DNA of 64,000 bases from Octopus sinensis (taxonomy: Eukaryota). This document shows, in pieces, positions 1 to 12,097 of this stretch; within the stretch, counting starts at the first letter, position 1; every line of letters begins with the position of its first letter. Made by a program: the position numbers and the translations under genes. The notes beneath the pieces were generated by a model. That model was not told the DNA's origin, made no database searches, and saw only the letters and a program-made list of their open reading frames with translations. The stretch spans positions 90,520,001-90,584,000 of the forward strand of contig NC_043001.1 of NCBI RefSeq assembly GCF_006345805.1. The letters are read 5' to 3'.

Positions 1-263
1 AATGTAATGCACACAAAATACAAAATCAACGGGAAGTCACTTATGTAATTATAGCGGTATTTAGTATTCAAAACATGGAGATAATAGGAATAAGATCGGA
101 TTATCGAAATTATTGATCAATACAGAGAACGCAAATTGATTAGAATATGCTTCGACCCGGTGGTCTAATAGGATCGATATCTTTCTACTACTCTTCCAAA
201 GCCAGTTCCACTTTTAATCTATATGATATGTATACACACAAACACACACACACACACACACAC

Positions 264-321
<58 letters not shown>

Positions 322-322
322 C

Positions 323-356
<34 letters not shown>

Positions 357-366
357 GTATGTTTAT

Positions 367-398
<32 letters not shown>

Positions 399-473
399 CT
401 TATAATAAACACATCTTTATGAAGTCTTCATGATTGCTGTTTCGTTTCCTTTTGTTTTTTCTTTTTGTTTATA

Positions 474-1600
474 TATTGGGTCACCCTATAAATAATGTGG
501 TTTTCTAATACCTTTATTTTTCAAAATTAAGATAAATAAACTTTTTAAAACTAAAATATACTCTCCTTCATTTTCTACAATGCTCTTCCATGTATCAGGT
601 AGACTTGCAAGGCTCCCTCTTCTAAAATTCACTTTTCCGTGACGAAAAATACTCTTCCAGTACTATTCTGATTTCGTCTACGGAGTTCATATATTTTTCT
701 GTCCAAATGATTTTGGAGACTGTGGAGTAAATGATAATCAGATGGGACAATGTCCGGCGAATATGGTGAGTGGGGCATCGTTTCCCATTCAAACTGCTCC
801 AACCTTTGGAATGTCATTCTCACCGTATGTGGCAAGCATTATTCTGATGGAAGAACACCTTTCGTGTTGAAACTAAAGATGGTCGTTTTTCTTGTAGCTC
901 TCACTTAAGCATTCAAGCTGCTCGCAATAGGTCTCCTTTATTATCGTTTGGTTTGGGTTTTAAAATTCAAAATGGACTAAGCCTTTCATATCCCACCAAA
1001 CAGATAATGAAACCTTGCGTGGGTGAAGACCTTCTTTAGCTTGGGGTGCCGGTGTTTCTCCTTTCCCTACCCACGGTCTTCGGCGCTTGACGCTTTATAG
1101 AGAACCATTTCTTGTTACCAGTCATTATTCTGTCCAAAAAAGGTTCATTCTGAGATATGACAGCAAAGAAGAGCACACATTCACTCTCTACATGCAATTA
1201 GACTAGGGAAGTTTGTGAGGAACCCATTGGCCCAATTTGCTGACTTTTCCGACGACACGCAGGTGTCGAGGAATGGTTGAATGACCAAATGCATGTTTCT
1301 CTGCTAGTTCCCAACAGGCGGGATTTTGTTTCACCAGGGCTTGCAGGACGTCCTCGTCGAGTTCTACAGATCTTCCAGGACGAGGCTCGTTTTCTAGGCT
1401 GTAGTTTCCGGCTCGGAATGTCTGGAACCATTGACACCGGCTTACGCTTATTGTCCGATCCTCATGTACTACATTAATATTCCTTGCACTTTCCGTTGCG
1501 TTGTTGCCTTTATTGAACTCATAAAGCAAAATATGCCAAATATGCCCTTTTGTTGCTTGCAATCGGTTTTAAATCTAGCTGAGTCACCAACGATGGGGTT
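474..1600 (-). mobile_element. Degenerate mariner (Tc1/mariner) DNA transposon
   Basis: ORF 1203-1562 (HIWHILLYEFNKGNNATESARNI...WFQTFRAGNYSLENEPRPGR...GQWVPHKL) is a mariner N-terminal HTH region with the WVPH motif. ORF 629-835 (HSPYSPDIVPSDYHLLHSLQNHL) is the YSPDLAPSD-like catalytic end. Stops and frameshifts lie between them. A TIR-like tattgggtcaccc is at ~474; the opposite TIR was not identified. Confidence 0.9.
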
Positions 1601-1699
1601 TTGCTATATATATCTCATTGCACGTTCACCGAGGTAAATATCTTTGTGATTTGTTGTGTTATTAAGATCAATATCTGATAATTTAGATACAGCTAAACT

Positions 1700-2940
1700 A
1701 TTCTCTTTTATAAAGCAGCTAAAGATATTTTTATATTCACTGGATACAAGTATATGCAACAGATGCAGTCAAAAGTGTTCCGATTGAAACTCGGTATTAA
1801 GCGCATTTACTTTCTTCAATATACAAGTAAGAAGAGCAACATCTGCTTCGTCCCTTTCATAATCATTGTTTCATAGATCCTTTTTGCTCCGTCCACTTAT
1901 TCTACTTTAGCCTCTGACTGAAAATAAAGTAAAGGGCATTCCATTGTTCTATTATAACGTTAATTACATTTTCACGTGACAGCCATCTAGTTTGCGAAAG
2001 CTTTGGAATCTTGTTTTCTCTTGTGCCAACAGCACTTTGCATTATACTGAAGTCATTTTGACGTTTGCTACGAGAAAAGTAAGAAGTTAAGTCCTTTAAA
2101 AAGAAATCGAGATACGAACATAACAACTTCACTGCATGATTTGAACAAAGTGCAAACGATAGGTAAACACAGTCTATTGTAAATACAGTCTGAATATCAT
2201 TTCTCAATAACTTTTGAAACCTACTCTTGTTACCCATCATTGTTGAGCAATTAATGATGGCAAATCCAAGTATGTTGCTCATAGATACATCTTTTGTAAG
2301 CGTAGACTTGACAACATCGTACAAACCCTGAGACGAACCATTTTCTTACTACAATTGCATCCAGAAGAGCATCCCTGACATTAAGCGATTGTTCATCAAA
2401 AAAGCGAACAACTATTGCTAAGATTTGTGTCACTGAGATGTCCGTAATCTCATCTATCAATAATGAAAACTTTTGTTTCTTGAGAATTTCCAAGATTTCA
2501 TTTCGTTCATAATGTGCAATTCCGCCTTGCATAATGTATGTTAATTTCATTTTTTTTTTTTTTCATTTGTAGTTTTTAAGCTATTTCACTATCGGGCAAG
2601 ACCTTTTTACAAATTTCAGCCAAGTGATTTATATGGATGAAAGGTACGTGATGTTCAGCAACATAACCTGTTAGTAGCAAGTCTGCCTTAACTACTTTTT
2701 CATTTAATGTATCATATGTTTTTTCAATAATAAATTATTCTAATTTAATAGCAGATTTCGCACATTCAAAAGCTTTCTTGTGTTTGGCAGTGTTTTTATG
2801 AGCAAACAGCATTGATTTGTTAGCATTTTTCAACACAGCGTCGCAATAAACGCAGTAGCAGGTGTCAGGATTTTTCAACACATATGTATATAATTCACAT
2901 ATATATATATAATAGCTTCGAAATATGTTGTTCATAAGAA
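1700..2940 (-). mobile_element. Degenerate hAT-superfamily transposase (ZBED/ZNF862-like)
   Basis: Minus-strand fragments: BED-like finger CYCVYCDAVLK...FAHKNTAKHKK (2735-2935), AEHHVPFIHINHLAEICKKVLPDSEIA (~2580-2690), KQKFSLLIDEITDISVTQILAIVVRFF (2251-2550, first catalytic Asp) and KIPKLSQTRWLSRENVINVIIEQWNAL (1902-2324). Frameshifted; ends approximate. Confidence 0.85.
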
Positions 2941-3059
2941 CTCAGCTTTGTCACGCAACGTAAAAATTAACATACTGATAGCAGACTTAGGATAATGAAC
3001 ACCCTATGAAACAAAGAACATACAGAACTTCATGTACTGCATGCAATTCTCTGGACATA

Positions 3060-3790
3060 ACCAGAAAGATAGTTTTCGAGGATGCAGGAGTGCTAGAAAG
3101 AAGTTAGATAACATTATATGTAATGATACCAGTGTTACCTACCCTAGATTGAGAAACAAAGACTGGCATTGGATACAAGAACTTGTGACAAAGCAAACAG
3201 GGTGAACACGTGGTATAAAACCGAAAAATATCAAGGAGTGATGTTGTAGAGGCCACAGCCCATGAAGAACTAGCCCGTAGATTTAAGAAAGCTCTGAAGG
3301 AGACCAACCTCAACATTACGGTTGTCGAAAAGCCTGGAAACTCTGTTAGATCACAACTATGTAGGACGTACCCCTTTGAGAATACCATATGCATCAATGA
3401 TAATTGCATGATATGTAGGATTAGCTCTGGCATTAACTGTAGAACTAGAAATATAGTTTACAGTGTAAGATGTATGGAAGGTGCTTGTAAAGACATGAAC
3501 ATGACATACATAGGGGAGATGTCTAGGAGCATTACGGAACGTCTAAATGAACATTTGAGACAATATGACGACAAAATCAGTCCTTCATACTCTACCAACA
3601 TGCCAAGGACCAACATGGAGGCAACCTAGGTCAACTCGACATCCGAATTTTATCCAAGTACCCCAAAGGACCCAACACTCAGACAAAAATACAGGAGTAC
3701 GTCCTCATATATGAAACATCCCCAGTACTAAATAGGAAATATACGTAGTAGATATCATACACCCATACCCACAGTTTATACAGGTGGTGT
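3060..3790 (+). mobile_element. Penelope-like element 3' fragment with GIY-YIG endonuclease
   Basis: Reads ...VEKPGNSVRSQLCRTYPF...CINDNCMICRISSGINCRTRNIVYSVRCMEGACKDMNMTYIGEMSRSITERLNEH: a Cys-rich linker followed by the NIVY..C...YIGE..R....RL.EH GIY-YIG signature of PLEs. Frameshifts present. Confidence 0.85.
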
Positions 3791-4075
3791 AGAATAGTTA
3801 GGGTGCTGTTATGTAGATAGATGTATGTATATGTGCGTGTGTGGGTGTGTGTATATGTGTATATGTATATGCACGTGTATGTAGGCATATGGATATGAAT
3901 GTAAACAGACATACAGACGGATAAGTACATAGATTATATGAATATACAAGTACACATACACAAACGAAGACTGAAACTCATGACCATATATACACGCACA
4001 CTTAACTTCACACAATGATACATATTGAGACACTTATCCACACATGTAAATACGCATCCATACATACAGAAACGC

Positions 4076-4241
4076 GCAGGAGTGGCTGTGTGGTAAGTAG
4101 CTTGCTAACCAACCACATGGTTCCGGGTTCAATCCCACTGCGTGGCATCTTGGGCAAGTGTCTTCTGCTATAGCCACGGGCCGACCAATGCCTTGTGAGT
4201 GGATTTGGTAGACGGAAACTGAAAGAAGCCTGTCGTATATA

Positions 4242-4322
<81 letters not shown>

Positions 4323-4537
4323 GTGTGTGTGTTTGTGTGTCTGTGTTTGTTCCCCTAGCATTGCTGGTGTGTTTACGTCCCCGTCACTTAGCGGTTCGGC
4401 AAAAGAGAACGATAGAATAAGTACTGGGCTTACAAAGAATAAGTCCCGGAGTCGATTTTCTCGACTAAAGGCGGTGCTCCAGCATGGCCGCAGTCAAATG
4501 ACTGAAACAAGTAAAAGAGTAAAAGAGTAAAAAGAGT
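4076..4537 (+). mobile_element. SINE-A, full length (tRNA-like head, internal (TA)n/(TG)n, gtaaaagag tail)
   Basis: A-box-like tggctgtgtggtaag and B-box-like gggttcaatccc; the same architecture recurs at 8737, 19767, 54970 and 61020. Confidence 0.9.
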
Positions 4538-4844
4538 ACATAGTCGCAAAAAACCCACACACACTCAGACATGCACACACAAGGAGACAGAAGTACACAC
4601 ACACAGACACACACATATGCAAACACACCCACACATAAAAACACACAAACACGGACACTCAAACACATGAATATGCAGAATACATATATATAAACGTACA
4701 TACGTACATACACACATATATACATACGCACATACATACATGCATGCATACACACACGTGCATGCATACATACATTCACATACATTGACCCACACACATG
4801 CGCACAAAGATAACGCAGCTTCAGTAACAGACAGAGTCAACAAC

Positions 4845-5970
4845 TATTGAAAGTCCATAAGATGTACCCGGTGTAAGCCATAGAAACATAAGAAGTGCAG
4901 CAATATCAAAGGAAGGTTAACTGAGAAGATAGTTTTGTGTGTGTCAAATGCTCAAGGTCAATAAAAACTGAAAATGTAGAGAAAACAGCTTCCGTCACAT
5001 GCCAAGGAGAAAAACTAGAAGTTGTTGATAGCTTCCGTGACCTAGATGACCAAGTCAGGAGCTGGGGTGGATGCTCTGAGACTGTAAATGCTAGAATAAG
5101 AATAGCCTGGGCGAAGTTCAGAGAGCTCCTACCTCTGCTGGTGACTAAGGACTTCTCGCCCAGAGTAAAAGGTAGACTATATGATGCATGTGTGTCCTTG
5201 TTTTTCCTCTCTGTGTTTAGCCCCTTGTGGGTAGTAAAGAAATATATATGATGCATGTGTGCGAACAGCCATGCTACATGGCAGTGAAACATGGGCCATG
5301 ACTGCTGAGGACATGCGTAAGCTTGCAAGGAATGAAGCCAGTATGCTCCACTGGATGTATAATGTCAGTGTGCATACACGACAGAGTGTAATTGCCCTGA
5401 GAGAAAAGTTGGACTTAAGAAGCATCAAATGTGGTGTGCAAGAGAGACGACTGCGCTGGTATGGTCATGTGACGCGTAGGGATGAGGACAGCTGTGTGAA
5501 AACGTGTCACACCCTAATAGTAGAAGGAATACCTCGGATGAGGTGGGGAAGACGACCATTGAATGTTGGACCTCATGGAAGCGATGACAAGTGACCGAAA
5601 CATTTGGAGATATGCTGTGCTTGAGAAAACCCGGCAAGCCAAGTGAGACCGTAACCGTGGCTTATGCCAGTGCAGTATGACCGGCCCATTTAAAAGTACC
5701 CTTCTATTGTTAGGCAATAAACTGCACTTGCGAAAACCTGTTGAGTCAAGTGAAGTCATTGTTGTGACCGATGACAGTATCGCCTGATTGGCACGTAAAA
5801 AGCACCCACTATACTCTCGGAGTGGTTGGCGTTAGGAAGAGCATCCAGCTGTATAAACTTTGCCAGATCAAATCGGAGCCTGGTGCAGACTTCTTTTTTG
5901 CCAGCCCTCAGTCAAACCGTCCAACCCTTGCCAGCATGGAAAGCGGATGTTAAATGACGATGATGATGAT
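4845..5970 (+). mobile_element. RTE-clade LINE 3' portion (RT C-terminus and 3'UTR ending in (GAT)n)
   Basis: EKLEVVDSFRDLDDQVRSWGGCSETVNARIRIAWAKFRELLPLLVTK...KGRLYDACVRTAMLHGSETWAMTAEDMRKLARNEASMLHWM...RRLRWYGHV is typical RTE RT C-terminus. The 3'UTR ends ccagcatggaaagcggatgttaaatgacgatgatgatgat. Interrupted by a 50-bp insert at 5195-5244. Confidence 0.9.
5195..5244 (+). mobile_element. 50-bp 5'-truncated retroposed 3' tail (SINE-B tail A / Tx1-like LINE tail) with 17-bp TSD
   Basis: Insert tccttgtttttcctctctgtgtttagccccttgtgggtagtaaagaaata, flanked by a perfect tatatgatgcatgtgtg duplication at 5178-5194 and 5245-5261. Confidence 0.85.
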
Positions 5971-5982
5971 ACACACACACCA

Positions 5983-6013
<31 letters not shown>

Positions 6014-6077
6014 CATACATACATACATACATACATACATCATACATACATTCATACGTACGTACATACATATATAA

Positions 6078-6108
<31 letters not shown>

Positions 6109-6221
6109 ATTATATATATATATATCACAATTTAAGTTTATTGAAATATGTTTTTCACATATTTCAACTAGTTTAAATTGTGATTATACGTAAACACTGC
6201 TTAGCGCATTTACTCCCATAT

Positions 6222-6565
6222 ATATTTATTTATTTATTTATCTAGTTTCAGCTCACAAGCTGTGGCCATGCTGGGGTACCGCCATTTAGTGTTGCTACAT
6301 GATTTTACTTCACGAATGCTTTTTAGCAATTGCCATTTGGTGCATGAGAGAGTTCGATGCAGCTGCCCTCATCTGCACCTCCTGCCGTGAAGTTGGTTCA
6401 TCTGGGATACCTGACAAGAAGAGATCCAGTTTCATTTTAAAGACATCTGCGTCCACCCCATGCAGGTCTCTTAGGTTCTTCGGGGGGATATTGAAGAGCT
6501 GTGGGCCTCGGAAGCCCAGGCTATCACAGCATCTTGTCTTACATCTTGATGGCAAATTTGGAGTC
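6222..6565 (-). mobile_element. LINE 3' end, probably CR1/L2-group (RT C-terminus and short 3'UTR)
   Basis: Minus frame TRCCDSLGFRGPQLFNIPPKNLRDLHGVDADVFKMKLDLFLSGIPDEP...RAAASNSLMHQMAIAKKHS*, then 3'UTR ggcggtaccccagcatggccacagcttgtgagctgaaactaga(taaa)n. Clade assignment is from memory of similar C-termini. Confidence 0.75.
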
Positions 6566-6603
6566 CTTGGCACTATGTATATACATATATATACATATAC
6601 ATG

Positions 6604-6669
<66 letters not shown>

Positions 6670-6679
6670 ACACACACAC

Positions 6680-6743
<64 letters not shown>

Positions 6744-6749
6744 CTATAT

Positions 6750-6897
6750 ATATACTACAGGCTACTTTCAGTTTCCATCTACCAAATCCACTCACGAGGT
6801 TTTGGTCGCTCCGAAGCTATAGTAGTAGGCACCTGCCCAAGGTGCCATGCCGTGGGACTAGATTCAGAACCATGTGGTTGGGAAGCCACGCCTGCGC
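6750..6897 (-). mobile_element. SINE-A 5' half
   Basis: Reverse complement matches the SINE-A head (cttgggcaggtgcc...gagtggatttggtagatggaaactgaaag); it abuts a long (AC)n tract. Confidence 0.85.
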
Positions 6898-7764
6898 CTA
6901 TGTGTATAATATAACTATATGTATGTGTGCATGCATGTGTCTATATATATATGTATGTGAGTTTGTATCAGTTTCACTATCCGTTTTTCCTCGCTCTCCC
7001 TCAATTTGTCTGTAGCTATCTTTCTGTTTATCACTTTCTCCATCTATGTTTGTAAATCTATACTTCATGTGTGTATATTATCCGTCTGTGTGTGTGTATG
7101 TGTGTGTGTATTTGTGTATATGTGTTTGAGTGTGCACAAACGTACATGCGCATGCATGTATGTGTGTGTGAGCGAGAGAGAGAGAGAGAGAGAGAGTTGA
7201 TACTGAAATAAAAGAAGGAAAATGTTGTCCACTTCTGACAGTACTTTGACATTAAATCTGGGGAACTAACCTTCAACTGGTTTAGAGAAAAATCATAGAT
7301 AAGGTACATATTTGTTTGTTTATTTATTTAATCATATATTTATCTTCCTCCTTCTCCTCCTCCACCTGATAATAATAATCATCTTCATCATCATCATCAT
7401 CATCATTGTTATTGTTGCTGTTGTGACTTGTCTTATCTTACGTAAATGTGAGGTTACGAACAATTTATCAGGTTCTATGTAGTAAATGCACAAGCGAAGC
7501 TGCTATATACTGTTATACAAATTATGAGAAGCTATGCAGCTACAAAATTGCGCTCTGTCATGACATCTGTGTTAGCAATACTTGGGTTATTCCTATAAAC
7601 TATAATATTGTTATTCCGATAAACTATTATTCATAAAATTCGTAATAAAATATTTATGTTAAAATCCAGTGTTACGTAAGAAACATTCATTATTACGTCC
7701 ACAAATGTTGTGTCCATTATGGTATGCAGACACGGCTCTTTATGTTCTAAGTTCATATCCCCTC

Positions 7765-7917
7765 TAGGTTTTATCTTTCATTCCTCCATTGTCGATAAAA
7801 TAAAGTATCAGTTAAGTACTGGGACTGATGTAACCGTTTGATTCCATCCTCTCAAAATTTCTGGCCTTGTATCTCAATCAGAAAACATCATCATCATTAT
7901 TATTATTATTATTATTA

Positions 7918-7977
<60 letters not shown>

Positions 7978-8540
7978 TACTTGTAAGGCGGCGAGCTGGC
8001 AGAAACGTTAGCGCGCCGGGCGAAGTGCTTAGCGGTATTTCGTCTGCCGCTACGTTCTGAGTTCAAATTCCGCCGAGGTCGACTTTGCCATTCATCCTTT
8101 CAGGGTCGATTAAATAAGGGTCGATATAATCGACTAAATCCGTTTGTCTATCCTTGTTTGTCCTGTCTGTGTTTAGCCCCTTGTGGGTAATAAAGAAATA
8201 GGTATTTCGTCTGCCGTTACGTTGTGAGTTCAAATTCCGCCGAGGGCTCGAAAATTAAGTACGAGTGAAATATTGGAGTCAATGTAATCGACTAGTCTCC
8301 TTCCCTCAAAATTTCAGGTCTTGTACCTATAATTAGAAAGGATTATTATTACTAAGGCAGCGAGCTGGCAGAATCCTTAGCGCGCTGGACGAAATGTTTA
8401 TCGGTATTTCGCCCGTCGCTATGTTCCGAGTTCAAATTCGGGGTCGATAAAATAAGTACCAGATGAACACTGGGTCAATATAATCGACTTATCCCCTCCC
8501 CCAAAATTGCTGTCCTTGTGGCAAAATTTGAAACCATTAT
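7765..8540 (+). mobile_element. Head-to-tail chain of four SINE-B copies (about 7765-7888, 7984-8200, 8200-8350, 8354-8540)
   Basis: Head aaggcggcgagctggcagaa...gagttcaaattccgccgaggtcgactttgcc and core tttcatcctttc.gggtcgataaaataagtacc are repeated; the copies carry different 3' tails. Confidence 0.9.
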
Positions 8541-8736
8541 TACTCGTCACATGACGATTAATTTAGGAAATATATTTTTTCTATCAGAATTAAAATCAAG
8601 AAATATGGCTTTCGTATAATGATTATATGATCTTCTTTGCCTTATTTTCCTTCCCAAGCTAATCTCCGTTGCTTTTCTTGTTTAATTTCTTCTATTTTGG
8701 AGATCCACGAAACAATTGAAAAAGTTTTATACATAC

Positions 8737-9128
8737 GCAGGAGTGGCTGTGTGGTAAGTAGCTTGCTTACGAACCACATGTTCCGGGTTCAGTCCCACTG
8801 CGTAGCACCTTGGGCAAGTGTCTTCTACTATAGTCTCGGGCCGACCAAAGCCTTGTGAGTGTTTTTAGTAGACGAAATTGAAAGAAGCCCGTCGTATATA
8901 TATATATGGGGGGGTTGTGTGTCTGTGTTTGTCCCCCCAACAGAGCTTGACAACCAAATACTGGTGTGTTTACGTCCCCGTAGCGGTTCGGCAAAAGAGA
9001 CTGATATAATAATTACAAGGCTTACAAAGAATAAGTCCTGGGGTCGATTTGCTCGACTAAAGGCGGTGCTCCAGGATGGCCGCAGTCAAATGACTGAAAC
9101 AAGTAAAAGAGTAAAAGAGAGTAAAGAG
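8737..9128 (+). mobile_element. SINE-A, full length
   Basis: Colinear with 4076-4537, with a much shorter internal microsatellite. Confidence 0.9.
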
Positions 9129-9395
9129 TATGCATTTAAGTGACGTTCGTTTCACTTGATATGGACCAAACAGTTTAAATATGATGTGCTTGTTTAATTT
9201 TAAATGTTACATGAGCTGTTTAGATCTTTTTAATTGTCAATAAAACTAATTTTGACGATTTACCGACAACCACCACCTCAACCGACGTAGTTCAGGCCTT
9301 GTGCCTTTGCTAGAAACAAATATTATTGTCGCTGTTGTTGTTTCTTACCACAGAGAGATGCATTCATTATCCTTCGGGTGATTTCAACAACAAAA

Positions 9396-9451
<56 letters not shown>

Positions 9452-10338
9452 AAAAAAAAGAAAGAAAGAAAGAAAGAAGATCGTTGGATCACACGCGTGC
9501 TACGCTGAACGGGGTTTTTTGCACGAAATTTATTTATAGAGAGGTAAGCTTTTTAATGCTGATATTTTGCCCAGTTTAAAAAAAGACTTGAATTTGCCAA
9601 ATATTTTTTTTTTTTTGTCGTAAGGCTTTTTAAACATGACGACAATGAAGAAATCTAATTTTTCTAGCAAATAACTCTCACGTACATACCCAAACACTAG
9701 CAGTCGAAATTCTAAAGGACAAAATAGCAACAACGGCAGCAAGATTTTCTCTTATGCTTTCATTTCGCTGCAGCAACGGAATTTTTATTGAGAGTCAACT
9801 AGCGGATGACGTGACACAAAATTATGGCCAAAAACAAACACTACTATGCCTGACGCTATTTTCTAGAAACAGGGGAGAAGAAGGAAGACCTACCTTCAAG
9901 AAATGAAATGAGAAGATTTCAATTGCATTGAAAAGAAGTTTTTAGGATCCCTTCGCTGTTATGTGGAAGGTTCTAATTTCCATAAACCGCAACATATATA
10001 AGAATATCTGCCCGGTTTCTAAGGGCAAGGCGAAGAGACAAGTGAAAATAGTGCAAAAAAAATCTTCTTATAGACTCATGCCATATTTCATGAGTTATAC
10101 TTTATAAGAAGGCTGACCAAGTCATTTGCAATGAGATGGAACCGTGATAGGTTCTCCTAAGGGCGTTATAGCTGGTGTAGAGGGAAGAGATCTCGAAGAA
10201 TGATATGTAGTCAGCAGAAACCTACATAGACTTATAATTCTTTATGAAATCCTATAAATCACAGAGCTGTGCGTCATCACGGGAACAAAAGCAATGAGAC
10301 TGGTTGCTGAAGATGGAAATTCTAGCTGTTTTTACTTA

Positions 10339-10456
10339 CCCTTTGAGCCCTGACCTCCTGAACCTTTTTTCACCATATACTTGGTACTCCACCGGTGCCA
10401 CGGTATAGAGAAAAATAAGCTATTCACCGGTAAACCGGTGTTACGGGCTCAAAGGG
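10339..10456. mobile_element. piggyBac-like MITE (118 bp)
   Basis: Perfect 12-bp TIR ccctttgagccc / gggctcaaaggg, with TTAA on the right (10457-10460) and tta on the left. Confidence 0.65.
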
Positions 10457-11353
10457 TTAAGGTTGCAAGGGCCATATCAGACTTTGTACCTGTTCGGAGG
10501 ATCAACATCTGAACATTTTTCTTGCGTATTTAACAAGTGTTGTGAACGCTGTAGAACAATACATAAGACACTGCAGTGCTGAACTGCAAGCATGTTCGAT
10601 TGTTAAAACTAATTTTCTTTCTTAATGTAAGAAAGATATGATTGTCAATTTTTTTTTTCATTTCTATAAATTTCCTACCGTTTCCCAATGTCATATTGTG
10701 TTCTGACCTATTAATGCAACAATTGCAAACCTACCGTTACCAATGAAGGCAACGTTAATAGCTTATGTAACAGCTGCTTAGTTATAGGAAAATATGTAAC
10801 GAATTTGATCATAATATTTCTTTTGATATCTATAATCAAACTCTTCTACATATTCTTCAACTTCAAGTGAAAATCCTTCAAACTTATTACTTACTTCTAC
10901 TTTTCATGAGATATTTATGTAAATATCAGTTTTCTAAATTTAGAGAATGAATATTCATACCACCATATAAAATATTCGATATGTCTACAAAAATATTTTC
11001 TTGTATATAATTCACATATAAAGATAAAGTCGATATAAAACTGTAGTAGTTTTTATATAAAGCTTTATTGTAAATAAAAAAATGAAAATTATTGAAGATG
11101 ATAAAAAGTTCAATAGCAGGAGAGACCGATCAGCCTGGTGACTGCCATTTAAAAAAATCATTAGAGCATTTAATGTCGTTATAAGGTAAGCTACCAGCAA
11201 TCTGAGATATCAGCATAATGTCAATCACAGATTCATTGTAACAACCCACGAACCCACGCATTAACGCCCTTGGGAAAAGTATGGGGTCGCCTTCCCCATT
11301 TCACATCTGTATTGACGCAAAATTTACTTTCGTGTTTCGATTTACATACAAGA

Positions 11354-11355
<2 letters not shown>

Positions 11356-11384
<29 letters not shown>

Positions 11385-11585
11385 TGTATGTATGTATGTA
11401 TGTATGTATGTATGTATGTATGTATGTATGTTGTATGTATGTATGTATGTATGTATGTATGTATGTATGTATGTATGTATGTATGTATGTATGTATGTAT
11501 GTGTGTGTGTGTGCATGCATGCATGCATGTATGTATGTATGTATGTATGTATGTATGTATGTATGTATGTATGTATGTATGTATT
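11356..11585. repeat. (TATG)n microsatellite
   Basis: Directly visible tetranucleotide tract. Confidence 0.95.
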
Positions 11586-11879
11586 GGCGCCTTACAGCCG
11601 TACACGTAGATAATAAATTATTCGATTCATGTACCGTAGATACGTAATTGTTCTGTTTATTTCACTTGAATAATTTGCATTATCACAAAATTTAATTATC
11701 ACAAAATTTAGTAATGAAAGAATGTATGACTATAGTCAATAAAATTGTGAAATTTGTGTGTGTATGTGTACCATGTGCTTGTGCGTGTACATGTAGGCAT
11801 ATGCATAGATAACAAGACATTTTTCTTTTCTCCCACTTTATATACATATACACACACACACACACACTCTTACATACAC

Positions 11880-11922
11880 ACATGCATACATATATATATA
11901 TATAAATATATTTATGTATATA

Positions 11923-11986
<64 letters not shown>

Positions 11987-12012
11987 ATATATGTGTATAT
12001 ATATATATGTAT

Positions 12013-12093
<81 letters not shown>
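11880..12093. repeat. (TA)n-rich microsatellite
   Basis: Directly visible. Confidence 0.95.

Positions 12094-12097
<4 letters not shown>

Noticed and set aside
9700-10330. Repeat-free stretch with a TGACGT motif, possible promoter or old TE
   Set aside because: No ORF of 60 aa or more, no TIR or tail, and single short motifs are expected by chance.
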